A stretch of DNA of 64,000 nucleotides, from IMG/VR virus record IMGVR_UViG_3300018059_000546. The stretch is one strand, 5' to 3'. This DNA comes from a virus. Of this stretch, positions 29,149 through 38,681 are shown one piece after another. Below the pieces are notes generated by a model. The model had not been told where the DNA came from. It searched no databases and saw only the letters and a list, made by a program, of their open reading frames with translations. A program made the translations under genes and the position numbers. Position 1 is the stretch's first letter. Every line of letters begins with the position of its first letter.

Positions 29149-31571
29149 CTTACAACCGTCATCAAATTAGACTTGACCTCTGCGCCGAGTTGATAATCGC
29201 TAAACACCGGAACTATGACGAATGCTAATTCTCCAATATCGTCGTCTGATATTTTTTTGACGTACTGGAACGTTCTATTTCCTGAGAGGGCATGAGATTT
29301 TCCAATCATCGATCTCATGCCTTGAAACTCCTTCATGACTATAAAATGATCGATATCATCTAATGATCCGTCGTACTTCCAACGTACCACAATGAAATTG
29401 TCGAAAATCGTCTCTGCTTTTGCATCTGAAGCACTTGAAACAGTCTTGTCTAAAGATACTTCGACAGAGATGAAGCTTCCAACGTTTCCGAATGCAAAAG
29501 GATCTTTAGCATGATTCAATTTCAATGTCTTACTAGTAGTAATAGATCCTCGTTCTAACGTAATCGGTTGAAAAAACTTGAATGGATGATACGAGTATTT
29601 CTTCTTTGTTGATGGATCAACAGCATCCTTAGAAAATTCTTCAAAGAGTGTTTCAGGTGATCGAAGTAATGTCGTCACAACGTATCTGTACTGCCTTCCC
29701 AGTTTAAGAGGAGATACGGAGTTCACAATGCGCAACTTTTCATCGGAGAATATTTTTTCTGAAACGATACCAAAGTTTTCTATCACTCCAACAGTAAGAT
29801 CTTGTCTTTGAATTTCGTAACAGATCAAATCGTTCAACTTGCTACGTTCTTTTAGAACATCTACAGAAAAAAAGTCTAAAAGACTATTCTGCGACAGAAG
29901 TTTCGTCAATGTATTAACATCTGTACTCACAACGTTGGTGTCTAGATCAAATGTAACATTAGGATCTGGATCGAGTGTGATAATCAAGTTTTGAACCTTC
30001 GTATCCACAACACTATTAGCTGCGGGTATATATTCGACAATGATATTTCCAACGATGTTCTTCCTACCATCTTTGAAAAATAACGATACAGCGTATTCGT
30101 ACACGTGCCGAGTTTTAACTGTAGAGTCGACAATCTGATATTGCGTTTGCCCGGTATCTACTAAAATTGGGGATGTCGTGATAGCCGTAAATTTCTTATC
30201 GAAGATAGTACGATCTTTTCTCACGATGTCGAAAGCTACGGCTTCGGGAGAAATTTCTCTCACCTCTATTTCAATCCCGTTGTTTGTGATTTTGAATGCG
30301 AGAGATGCATGCTTGAATCTGCGATATTTCGCCTTAGATGTCATCACTGCATTGGTGAATTCAAAACCCTCTATGCCGGTGGAACTGACAGGAATCGCTC
30401 GATAAACTATACTAGATCCTGCTGGAACGTCTACAACAACAACTTTTTCTCCCTCATGTATATCAAGAGAAATTTGATCTATGTAGAGATATGGTTGCGT
30501 TTCACTGGAAACATGAGACACCAGTTTTTGGTACAAGTTCACGAACTTTGCTTCTGGATCATTCTGCTGAATTCTAAGAGAACCGTGCAGACTCGCGTCA
30601 TTTTTGTAGATAGAAATAGTCGGAGGAATCTTGGGGATTTGAAACACTTCTACTGCCCTAGAAAGATCTACAAGTTTCTCTGTTTGCTGCTGCATGACCC
30701 CAAGCCTATCGAGCACTTCGAAGAATACGAACATCGTCTTGAATGTTCCATCAGAGTTCTTGATGCTTGAGTACGATAGCGTGAAATCTTTCTGAATGTC
30801 TATTTGGTTGTTCAGAGTATTTTGGACGACGAGAATTTTCTGCTGATCTGGGAAGCGTTCTGTCGAACTCGTACCCATGTCAGGAGTTCTGATCACGTGT
30901 TTATAGAACTCATTCAAGGTCGGAGACAGATCATACTTTTTGTTATGAGTTCCTGCGAGGGCTTCTTTAGAATTCAGATGAGGAAGAGATTGATCGATGA
31001 CAGAAGATGGATCTAACCTCTCTGTAACGAGCATTTTCTTTAGATTTACCTTGGAATTGAAATCTGCTACTTCCCCCTTTTGTAGAGTTGTCGCATGCAA
31101 AATTGGAGCGTAATTACCTGCATCGCTAACCTGTTTCACAGTCTGAAGAACGTATTTTGTGCTACGAATCTGAACAGCATTGAAAATGTCAGTACGATTT
31201 GCTTTGACGGCAGCGATCAACTGATTGTTGACTTTAGATGTAGAGTCTGCTCTGACTTGTAAAACAGTTGCTTTTTCGATGTTTTTTGCATGCTCTACGC
31301 TGTCTCGATACAGGGTAGTGACTGCTCTAGGTACGAGTTCTGGATGAAGCTGCAGGTTTACGTTTTTGATAGGGTCTGACTTCTGCGGATTTTTCGTCGA
31401 AAAAGTGATACGAACTATAGAGCCAGCATTCTGGATATCCTGGATAAGCTTCACCTGGTTCACGGTGTATTTGACTGTTCCTTTGATCATATCATCAGTC
31501 ACTGCTGAAATATTCATGAATGAATCTCCTACAATGATGATATCTTTCCTTTTTTTGACAGTGATATACAT
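29145..31571 (-). CDS. Putative virion protein with Ig/FN3-like beta domains
   Basis: 808 aa; repeated D...YEYAV / YRYVV / VYRAIPV beta-sandwich patterns. Confidence 0.6.
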   Translation of the reverse strand: MYITVKKRKDIIIVGDSFMNISAVTDDMIKGTVKYTVNQVKLIQDIQNAGSIVRITFSTKNPQKSDPIKNVNLQLHPELVPRAVTTLYRDSVEHAKNIEKATVLQVRADSTSKVNNQLIAAVKANRTDIFNAVQIRSTKYVLQTVKQVSDAGNYAPILHATTLQKGEVADFNSKVNLKKMLVTERLDPSSVIDQSLPHLNSKEALAGTHNKKYDLSPTLNEFYKHVIRTPDMGTSSTERFPDQQKILVVQNTLNNQIDIQKDFTLSYSSIKNSDGTFKTMFVFFEVLDRLGVMQQQTEKLVDLSRAVEVFQIPKIPPTISIYKNDASLHGSLRIQQNDPEAKFVNLYQKLVSHVSSETQPYLYIDQISLDIHEGEKVVVVDVPAGSSIVYRAIPVSSTGIEGFEFTNAVMTSKAKYRRFKHASLAFKITNNGIEIEVREISPEAVAFDIVRKDRTIFDKKFTAITTSPILVDTGQTQYQIVDSTVKTRHVYEYAVSLFFKDGRKNIVGNIIVEYIPAANSVVDTKVQNLIITLDPDPNVTFDLDTNVVSTDVNTLTKLLSQNSLLDFFSVDVLKERSKLNDLICYEIQRQDLTVGVIENFGIVSEKIFSDEKLRIVNSVSPLKLGRQYRYVVTTLLRSPETLFEEFSKDAVDPSTKKKYSYHPFKFFQPITLERGSITTSKTLKLNHAKDPFAFGNVGSFISVEVSLDKTVSSASDAKAETIFDNFIVVRWKYDGSLDDIDHFIVMKEFQGMRSMIGKSHALSGNRTFQYVKKISDDDIGELAFVIVPVFSDYQLGAEVKSNLMTVVR

Positions 31572-31573
31572 GT

Positions 31574-32536
31574 TTACTCGAAGTACATCGTGAACAAATT
31601 CACGAACGTATGTGAACCGTTACCGTCGACGTAGACCTTGCCTGCAAAGAACATTCTCTGCGTGGTTCCATCGTTTTTCAACCTAACTAACCCAAAGTCG
31701 ATGATATCTAACTTTTTTACCTGATTGTTGGACAGCTCGAAGAGCTGACAATGAAGATTGTTCGTATTGCTTGTTGGATCGAATTTGATTTCTTTAACGT
31801 TTCCTTGAAGTTCTAAAGATTTTAGGTTCGCGTATATCTTTTTTTCGATGTCGTGTTGTTCACCTGCTGAAGATATTCTTGGATAGTTTCCCAGCCTGTG
31901 AGCGTCCAAGAACTGTTTATTGTCGAAATCTATGGTCGTACTGTCACGAGGTTTGTTTATAGGAGGTAAGTACTGGAAGTTTGGTAGATGGACCATTCTT
32001 TCATCCTGAAACAGACTATCTAACGTGGTGATATTAGCAGCATACGTCGTATCAGATTGGATCGGATTTTTATCTGTCACGAGAAATCGAATGAAATTCT
32101 GACCAAGGCCGAATTTTTCATGTTCGAATAGCGTGTCTATAGTACCGATCAAAAAATTGTTTTGGAATGCACTTAGAGAAGAACTCAGAAGTATGTTCGC
32201 CGAGGTGACGAAATCATCTCCTGTTACAAATACGCCAGATCCTGTGAGAATCAACCCATTCGCAATAGGGATTTTTGTGTTTTTCAGCGGGTTGAGATGA
32301 CCTCCATCGTCAGATTCGAATGTGATCTGATCGTATGGAGAGGACGCACATTCGAGAAACAGTCTGTTCGAAGGATCGGACGAACCGCTCAGAATGTCGA
32401 GCTCATAAAAAGTTGTAGAATCACTGAAACTAGCATACTCTATCTTGACACCTCGACCGGTAGCAATTTGCCTTCGACCTTCTTCTGTAAGAAGAACATC
32501 CATGATTCTTGATTTAGGATCTAATATTCCGCTCAT
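31574..32536 (-). CDS. Putative virion structural protein (paralog of 21869-22585)
   Basis: MSGILDPKSRIMDVLLTEEGRRQIATG...IEYASFSD. Confidence 0.62.
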   Translation of the reverse strand: MSGILDPKSRIMDVLLTEEGRRQIATGRGVKIEYASFSDSTTFYELDILSGSSDPSNRLFLECASSPYDQITFESDDGGHLNPLKNTKIPIANGLILTGSGVFVTGDDFVTSANILLSSSLSAFQNNFLIGTIDTLFEHEKFGLGQNFIRFLVTDKNPIQSDTTYAANITTLDSLFQDERMVHLPNFQYLPPINKPRDSTTIDFDNKQFLDAHRLGNYPRISSAGEQHDIEKKIYANLKSLELQGNVKEIKFDPTSNTNNLHCQLFELSNNQVKKLDIIDFGLVRLKNDGTTQRMFFAGKVYVDGNGSHTFVNLFTMYFE

Positions 32537-32537
32537 T

Positions 32538-33662
32538 TTATGGTGTTCCAAAGCGTTGTTGGGCCCATCCGGTTAGGTTAGCCAGATCTCCAACCGAAAT
32601 GACAGTTGCACCAAGTGTGATGATGGCACCGATGTCGCCATCAAACCCATCGACATTCCCGTAACCATCACCGATGTGGTCCCAGTATGCGGCGGCAACG
32701 CCACCTAAAGCAGACGGAGAACCAACCTCAGCTCCATCTTTGTAACCTTTGCGAGTTGGTGTTGCATCGCTTGTCATACCGACGAGATGAGAATTTCCGT
32801 CGTTGCAATTCGTTCCCCACGATTCTTCAGCAACATCAAACGATTTATACGCAATCGCACCCGCTGACATGCCGAAATCAGACCACCCAGACCCACCAAG
32901 AATCGTTAGTGATGGGTTGAGTACCGTGTCAGTCGCCGTAGCATCAGAGCTCGTATACTTCACGATAGCGAACATAGAAAACGGTGTGATCGCTGATTCT
33001 CCTGAACCGGCTACCCATTGTTCAGGTGTAAATTTGATAGATGGGCAACCCGTGCCAAAGACGTCAGCTGTCTGAATAGGTCTGTTAGCGCCGACGGCTT
33101 GGACTTGCGTGTCAGCATTGACTGTTTGGTCGACCCATTGGCTGACAGCGCCGGCTCCTGCATCGGTGACACTTTTATTGGAGTCGAAGTAACGTGTGAT
33201 ACCAGTGATTTGTAACGGGCTCCAATATTCGATCAGACCGGTTCCACCGGTGCTAGTACCCGTCGCATTTGTGACAATAACATCGACAACGCCAGCTGCA
33301 TGTGCACCTGGAATACCAGACACATGCGTTGCGTTGTCGATAGCGAAAGATGTGAAAGCGACCCCGCCAGCAGAGATAGCAGTACATCCTGTCGAACTAT
33401 CAACAGTAACGACTACACGTTGGCCACCTCCTGCAATATCAATACGCGGATAATTAACAGCTGAAACTACAGGAACGCTTCCTACACTTTCCTCAACAAC
33501 TGGAATTATAAAGACTGATCCTCCTAAACGAGTAGAATAGTACGTTCGTCTCATCCTAGTAGCGTCGACAGTCCCTCCCCCTCCTTGACCATCTGTGACA
33601 ATGATTGGTCTTTGGATGAAAAAGGAGTAGTTCTTTTTAACTCTTCGATAATCTCTACTCAT
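32538..33662 (-). CDS. IPT/TIG plus LamG-like domain protein, putative fibre or adhesin
   Basis: PVVSAV...GGGQRVVV...PGAHAAGVVDVIVTN (TIG); VSQWVDQ...FSMFAIV...YKDG...FDGDIGAII (LamG-like). Confidence 0.65.
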   Translation of the reverse strand: MSRDYRRVKKNYSFFIQRPIIVTDGQGGGGTVDATRMRRTYYSTRLGGSVFIIPVVEESVGSVPVVSAVNYPRIDIAGGGQRVVVTVDSSTGCTAISAGGVAFTSFAIDNATHVSGIPGAHAAGVVDVIVTNATGTSTGGTGLIEYWSPLQITGITRYFDSNKSVTDAGAGAVSQWVDQTVNADTQVQAVGANRPIQTADVFGTGCPSIKFTPEQWVAGSGESAITPFSMFAIVKYTSSDATATDTVLNPSLTILGGSGWSDFGMSAGAIAYKSFDVAEESWGTNCNDGNSHLVGMTSDATPTRKGYKDGAEVGSPSALGGVAAAYWDHIGDGYGNVDGFDGDIGAIITLGATVISVGDLANLTGWAQQRFGTP

Positions 33663-33721
33663 AGTCGACGGTTCTACATAAGTAATCGAGCCTTATCGTC
33701 TACAGGCTTCGATTCTCATGT

Positions 33722-35152
33722 TTACAGGATCTGGCTTGCCAGGGTGGCAAGTGGACTTCTCTCTCCCTTAATGAGAGTAATGTGGCCCGCGATGCCGTGG
33801 TCTTTGAACTTCTCGACGGCACATGTGAGTCCATTCGTGAAGGCATCCACATGGATGTTATCGATCTGATCGATGTCTCCAAGAAGGATGATCTTAGTAT
33901 TGTCGCCCACACGAGTGATAATCGTCTTAAGTTCGTGCATGCTGAGGTTTTGGGCTTCGTCGATGATCATGAACGTATTCGGAATGGACCTGCCACGAAG
34001 GTATGTGATAGCTTCCACTTCGATCTTTCCATCGTTGATAAGCTTATCGACGTATGGATCACGCTTGAATTCATGGATAAGACCATCTTTTTTGATCTTC
34101 CTATGGGCAAAAAGGAACATCAGATTGTCCTTGATGGGTGCAATCCAAGGATCCATCTTCTCTTCTTTCGTTCCTGGAAGGAATCCGATGTCTTTACCAA
34201 CAGGCTGCACAGGCTTTGTTACGATGATTCTCTCGTACTTTCCCTCTTCGAGAACCTTTTTAAGTCCCGCAGACAAAGCTAGCAATGTTTTTCCGACACC
34301 CGATGAACCAATCAAGGTGACAAGTTTGATATCGTCGTCCATGAGGAGGTTCAATGAGAACACCTGTTCCTTGTTTCTGGGTTTCAGCCCAAAAACGTCC
34401 TTGTGATCGAAAAGCTTTTCGATAGGTTGACCTTCTTCGACGAAACGTCCGATTGCAGCTGGAGAATCAGGATTGCTCTTCATGATGACAATTTCGTTCG
34501 GATGTAGTCCTTCTCCGTCCAGATACACATTTCTTGACTCGTACCAGTCGGCGAGGACAAGATCCTCTACTATGAGAGTCTTCACTCCCTTGTAGAGTTC
34601 TGATGTGTCGTCGGCGATACGCATGTGAAAGTAGTCTTGGCACTTGATCCCGAGAGAGTCGCACTTTATTCGAACATTGATATCCTTAGAAATGAGGATG
34701 CAACGCTCTGAACCATTTTCTAAAGCATCGGATATAAGTTTCGCTTGTGCGATGATGACGTTATCGACTTTCGACTGGTCTTTCAGCTCTGCTGGTAGAA
34801 GCAAGTGGCTGTGAGGAGGAATGGGAAGCACAAAGAGCTTCCCACCGGTGGGCAAGACTACTCCTTCGGACAGATTTCCAAGCTCTCTCAATTCATCTAA
34901 ACGACGGCTGGTGGCGCGGGCATTTCGACCGATTTCATCCTGTCGCTTCTTTTGCCGATCGAGTTCTTCAAGAGCAACAAGAGGTACAACAACATCGTTA
35001 TCCTGAAATGCGTGCAAGCAATCTGAATCGCTCAGCATAATGTTCGTATCAAGGATGAACACCTTTGTCTTTGGAGGTGCACTCACCATACGTTTTATCT
35101 TACCAGCGGGTTTTGACTGCTTCGTATGTCGAACCGATGTTTTTCTGCTCAT
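33722..35152 (-). CDS. phoH: PhoH-family ATPase with N-terminal PIN domain
   Basis: ILDTN, EELD, DNVII, SKDINVR (PIN); GSSGVGKT, IGFLPG, RGRS, IIDEAQN, GDIDQID. Confidence 0.93.
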   Translation of the reverse strand: MSRKTSVRHTKQSKPAGKIKRMVSAPPKTKVFILDTNIMLSDSDCLHAFQDNDVVVPLVALEELDRQKKRQDEIGRNARATSRRLDELRELGNLSEGVVLPTGGKLFVLPIPPHSHLLLPAELKDQSKVDNVIIAQAKLISDALENGSERCILISKDINVRIKCDSLGIKCQDYFHMRIADDTSELYKGVKTLIVEDLVLADWYESRNVYLDGEGLHPNEIVIMKSNPDSPAAIGRFVEEGQPIEKLFDHKDVFGLKPRNKEQVFSLNLLMDDDIKLVTLIGSSGVGKTLLALSAGLKKVLEEGKYERIIVTKPVQPVGKDIGFLPGTKEEKMDPWIAPIKDNLMFLFAHRKIKKDGLIHEFKRDPYVDKLINDGKIEVEAITYLRGRSIPNTFMIIDEAQNLSMHELKTIITRVGDNTKIILLGDIDQIDNIHVDAFTNGLTCAVEKFKDHGIAGHITLIKGERSPLATLASQIL

Positions 35153-35168
35153 GGTCTACTAACTCAAT

Positions 35169-35197
35169 CTACACAACGAAAAACTCGAAATTAAAAT
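35169..35197 (+). promoter_or_regulatory. Putative sigma70-type promoter, possibly leaderless transcript
   Basis: CTACAC-17 nt-TAAAAT, 6 nt before ATG 35204, no SD sequence. Confidence 0.4.
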
Positions 35198-35203
35198 CTT
35201 CTT

Positions 35204-35473
35204 ATGGATAAGCGTCATTTAAAAGTGGTGGCAGGGCAATCCTGCTTTTCGTTCTACAGAACGAATGCAGTCGAATGCCAGAAGAAATCCTGCCGCAACT
35301 GGATGCAATCAGGTGAACACATGAACTGTGCCATCATTGCTGCATCGAGTGGAAAAATGACGCTTCACGAAATCGGAAAAATCTTCGGACTCACGAGGAT
35401 GAGAATTTGCCAGATAGAAAAAAGAGCCCTTCAAAAGATCAAACAGGCTTTGGGGTCTTATCTGTTTTCTTAG
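35204..35473 (+). CDS. Stand-alone sigma70 region-4 HTH protein with Cys-rich N-terminus
   Basis: MTLHEIGKIFGLTRMRICQIEKRALQKI matches the region 4.2 consensus TLEEVG..F.VTRERIRQIEAKALRKL. Confidence 0.85.
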   Translation: MDKRHLKVVAGQSCFSFYRTNAVECQKKSCRNWMQSGEHMNCAIIAASSGKMTLHEIGKIFGLTRMRICQIEKRALQKIKQALGSYLFS

Positions 35474-35753
35474 CTTCAACGGGTTTTGCCGGAGAAGGCT
35501 TGACTACGGATTTTTGAATTTTCTTCAGAGTGATCTCAGGAAATTCTTCTGGTTGATTTTCATCACCCTCCGTAAGAACATCCTTTTTGTCATTTACTAA
35601 AAGGTGTTCTTTCATGTCCGCGATGGACAAAACTGATGCACCTGAAGGTTCATGAGCTTTGATCAGATGGCCCTGCTTGCTAAGACGCGAATGCGCAATT
35701 CTAGGGTCAAGTCCAGCATCAATTACATCGATAAGGGGTCTATGGATAGCCAT
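35439..35753 (-). CDS. Hypothetical protein
   Basis: 104 aa ORF with AGGAG RBS and TACTTA motif upstream. Confidence 0.55.
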   Translation of the reverse strand: MAIHRPLIDVIDAGLDPRIAHSRLSKQGHLIKAHEPSGASVLSIADMKEHLLVNDKKDVLTEGDENQPEEFPEITLKKIQKSVVKPSPAKPVEAKKTDKTPKPV

Positions 35754-35779
35754 TTGCTCAGTTTTCTCCTAGAATAAGT

Positions 35780-35812
35780 AAGGGCGAGCCATCAGAAGAT
35801 GTGCTCGCCCTT
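35780..35812. terminator. Stem-loop, probable intrinsic terminator after the Hc1-like gene
   Basis: AAGGGCGAGC...GCTCGCCCTT 10-bp perfect stem with inner CATC/GATG pairing, intergenic. Confidence 0.65.
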
Positions 35813-35839
35813 TCAAGAGACATAGATCTTAGATAGAGA

Positions 35840-36064
35840 TTACGTCTTTTTAGCCTCTCGGGAAGCCTTTCGTTCAGTCTTTTTCTCCTGGTCTTCCTGC
35901 TTCAGAACCTTGACAAGACCACTGACTTTATTTCGAAGCATACGAAGGCCTCGACGTGCTCGAACTCCTGCAGATACGTTGCCCTCGGCATTTTTCAGAA
36001 CATCAAGTTCGACAGCAAGAACAGTAGCTTTAAGATCATCCCACAAAATTTTCACGTCACTCAT
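35840..36064 (-). CDS. Histone H1-like Hc1-family protein
   Basis: GNVSAGVRARRGLRMLR motif, basic 74 aa, GGAGG RBS. Confidence 0.75.
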   Translation of the reverse strand: MSDVKILWDDLKATVLAVELDVLKNAEGNVSAGVRARRGLRMLRNKVSGLVKVLKQEDQEKKTERKASREAKKT

Positions 36065-36114
36065 CGTTATCCTCCAAGATAGCTAGGCTAATTTTATCAT
36101 CTTTTTGGTCACTT

Positions 36115-36711
36115 TTAACCAATAATTTTGTCGACGATGCCCATTTTTACGGCATCTTCAGGTGTTAGAAACGTATCGTGACCTGCTTTCATCAACGATT
36201 CTAACTGTTTAGCTGTCATTTTAGTTTCAGCTAAGAGAGCATCTTCCATCATCTTCTGTGAACGAAGGCTCTCTTTTAGTTCATTCGTCAGCTGAAAAAT
36301 GTCTCCTTCAATAGCATCTGACATCGGATGGATCATCACACGAGCATGCTTTCCGATCATTCTTCCTCCCTTGAGACCACTCGCAAGGATCAAAACACCT
36401 GCAGACATGACCTTACCAAGCCCAACTGTATAGATAGGGCATGGTACAAACTTCATGATATCGTACAGAGCGAACATGTCGTCGACTGAACCACCTTCAG
36501 TGCTAATGATGAGAGTAATTGGATCTACTTTGTTTTGGTTGACGCACAGAATGATTTCAGATATTGTCGTGGCAATCGATTCTTCTGTCACTTCTCCCGT
36601 AAGATACAGAACCCGGCCTAAAGGATGGGGATCTGCCTCGAGCGCTGCTTTCGCAATGTCTTTCTTTGTGACTGTCTTTCTAATGCTCTTTCTGCGCTTT
36701 TTGACTGCCAT
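36115..36711 (-). CDS. clpP: ClpP-like protease subunit
   Basis: ISTEGGSV, GKVMSAG (Ser), MIHP (His), DTFLTPEDAVKMGIVDKI (Asp). Confidence 0.9.
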   Translation of the reverse strand: MAVKKRRKSIRKTVTKKDIAKAALEADPHPLGRVLYLTGEVTEESIATTISEIILCVNQNKVDPITLIISTEGGSVDDMFALYDIMKFVPCPIYTVGLGKVMSAGVLILASGLKGGRMIGKHARVMIHPMSDAIEGDIFQLTNELKESLRSQKMMEDALLAETKMTAKQLESLMKAGHDTFLTPEDAVKMGIVDKIIG

Positions 36712-36717
36712 GACTTC

Positions 36718-36751
36718 ATTGAACCTTTTCCTCTATTGAACCTTTTCCTCT
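36718..36751. repeat. Perfect 17-nt tandem duplication
   Basis: ATTGAACCTTTTCCTCT x2, immediately upstream of clpP. Confidence 0.9.
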
Positions 36752-36963
36752 ATAATATCAATGAAAAGGAACTTTTTTTCACGAAGGTATTCACGAAGAA
36801 GACTTGTGAGTTCCTGCATCTTTTCATGGTCTTCTAGTTCATATGACATGAGTTGCATGATCAAAAGTAGCTGATCTTGTGTTACTCCGAAGTTCACAAT
36901 TTCCTTGACAATGCCTCGACACTTTTCGATGTCGATAGATCGACCAACGTTTTCAGCTTCCAT
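36733..36963 (-). CDS. Hypothetical protein
   Basis: 76 aa, TAATG coupling with the upstream gene. Confidence 0.6.
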   Translation of the reverse strand: MEAENVGRSIDIEKCRGIVKEIVNFGVTQDQLLLIMQLMSYELEDHEKMQELTSLLREYLREKKFLFIDIIEEKVQ

Positions 36964-37427
36964 TAGCCAACCTCATCTCCTACGAATTTTCCTTCAATAC
37001 TGAACAAAGAAGTTCCAAGAATCTTCATGATTTTGACGATCTTACCTCCTTTGACCTTTTCCTGCTCTAACTGGACGAAAGATCCCCATTGGGCATTTTC
37101 GACAATCCACTTAGATTGCTCCCAAACAGACATATCGACATCATGTTTCTCAAGAATTGCGATCAAAGGTTCAGAAAGAGATACTTTTACGTCTTCTAAA
37201 CTCACTAGAGCTCTTGAATCATCCCGATTAAGCAATTCTGATTTACAGATGTCGATTATTTTGTGGATAATCCCACAGTTCGGGCAAGAAACGAGCTTAA
37301 CTTGCACGTTTCCATCCACAAGTTCAGAAAACACAACAAATTCATAAGCAGGTGGATCTGTCATCCGCTTGAATTGCGTAAGAATGCAACGGCACGTAAT
37401 GAGATGTCTTGCGCAAGACTTCTCCAT
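36963..37427 (-). CDS. Hypothetical zinc-binding protein
   Basis: CRC...CPNCG...C. Confidence 0.6.
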   Translation of the reverse strand: MEKSCARHLITCRCILTQFKRMTDPPAYEFVVFSELVDGNVQVKLVSCPNCGIIHKIIDICKSELLNRDDSRALVSLEDVKVSLSEPLIAILEKHDVDMSVWEQSKWIVENAQWGSFVQLEQEKVKGGKIVKIMKILGTSLFSIEGKFVGDEVG

Positions 37428-37433
37428 GTGAAA

Positions 37434-37700
37434 TTACTTCGTCTTCGAACTTTTAGAGTCGATTTCTTTTGACACCATCTCTGCCAGCTGATTCTCAAAA
37501 TTCCGGCTAGAATTGAGGCTGACCTGCTCACAGGTGCTGTTTACGATGTAAACAAGCTTCTGGAGATCTTCTTGAGTGATCTTGATGTCGTTATTTCTTG
37601 CAGCTGCAACAAGATTCTGCGTCGTCAACGTCTTACAAACCTCGGTAACGTCCCACAGCATCTTCACAACTTTCTTCGGTATCTCAGTCTTCATAGACAT
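37434..37700 (-). CDS. Hypothetical protein
   Basis: 88 aa, AGGAG upstream. Confidence 0.6.
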   Translation of the reverse strand: MSMKTEIPKKVVKMLWDVTEVCKTLTTQNLVAAARNNDIKITQEDLQKLVYIVNSTCEQVSLNSSRNFENQLAEMVSKEIDSKSSKTK

Positions 37701-37727
37701 CTCCTATCAGGCGATTATACCATAGTT

Positions 37728-38681
37728 ATGGATCGAAAGCACATGTCAACACTACGTAAAAACTACTCTGTCAAGAGACTTCGGCAAGAAAATCTTCTTC
37801 ATGAAGCTATCATTGATGCTTTCTCTAACAATTCTGGCAATGTGCAAAAGGTCAAAACTGCTCTGACAGGAGCGAAAAACGTGGCCCAAACGTACGGCAT
37901 GAAGAGCATCTTAACAGCTATCGCGACGGCTGAACAAAAATTCATGGCCGGAATAGCGAATCCAAAGGCCGCAGGAGACTCCATCTCGTACATCCTGACT
38001 TTCAGCGACATCATGGCAGAATTTTTCCAGCAGATGGACCAATGGGTCATGCAATTGCCTGCAGTTTCTCAAGCAATGGATGCGTCAGATGATCCTGTTA
38101 ACGCTCAGAAGACATTGAAAGAACTTCTTGGTGACCAGGCTCCAACCCTCACGAACATCGTTCAAAAACAATTTGATAAGAGCGCTGGAGGATTCATGAA
38201 ATCGCTTGGTCGTCTGTTCAAGTCTGGAAGAATGACGTCTGCTAAAGACGCGCTCACATTTGTCGGTCTAAATGCTCAGGCGGCTGCAGAAGATATTTTG
38301 AACATCCAAGTTTCGAAGTACAAACAACTTCTGCAAGCTGGTAAGCAGGTCCAAGCTCCCCAGATCACTCCACCAAACCCTAATCAGAATCCACAAAGTG
38401 GTTCTACCCAATCCACTCCTAGCACTCATGCCCAAGCGGCACAAACTAGCCAACCGACCCAAGCTCCCGTTCCTGCCCAGGGAACAACAACGTCAACAGG
38501 GAACGCTCAACTTGCTCAGAAACCTTCTCCTGAAGATGCTCAGAAGAGAGATACGACCCTTCAGGGTGTTGTTAAGAACAGAAATGCTTTCAACACTCAA
38601 TTGATGAGCCAGTTGTCTAACGACGAAATTAAGTCAGATCTTCTGCAGATCGCTCAGTCTCTCGGAATCAAATTAGTATAA
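37728..38681 (+). CDS. Hypothetical helical protein with Q/P/T-rich linker (start 37728 or 37743)
   Basis: Long ORF; the track start at 37572 overlaps a minus-strand gene. Confidence 0.65.
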   Translation: MDRKHMSTLRKNYSVKRLRQENLLHEAIIDAFSNNSGNVQKVKTALTGAKNVAQTYGMKSILTAIATAEQKFMAGIANPKAAGDSISYILTFSDIMAEFFQQMDQWVMQLPAVSQAMDASDDPVNAQKTLKELLGDQAPTLTNIVQKQFDKSAGGFMKSLGRLFKSGRMTSAKDALTFVGLNAQAAAEDILNIQVSKYKQLLQAGKQVQAPQITPPNPNQNPQSGSTQSTPSTHAQAAQTSQPTQAPVPAQGTTTSTGNAQLAQKPSPEDAQKRDTTLQGVVKNRNAFNTQLMSQLSNDEIKSDLLQIAQSLGIKLV

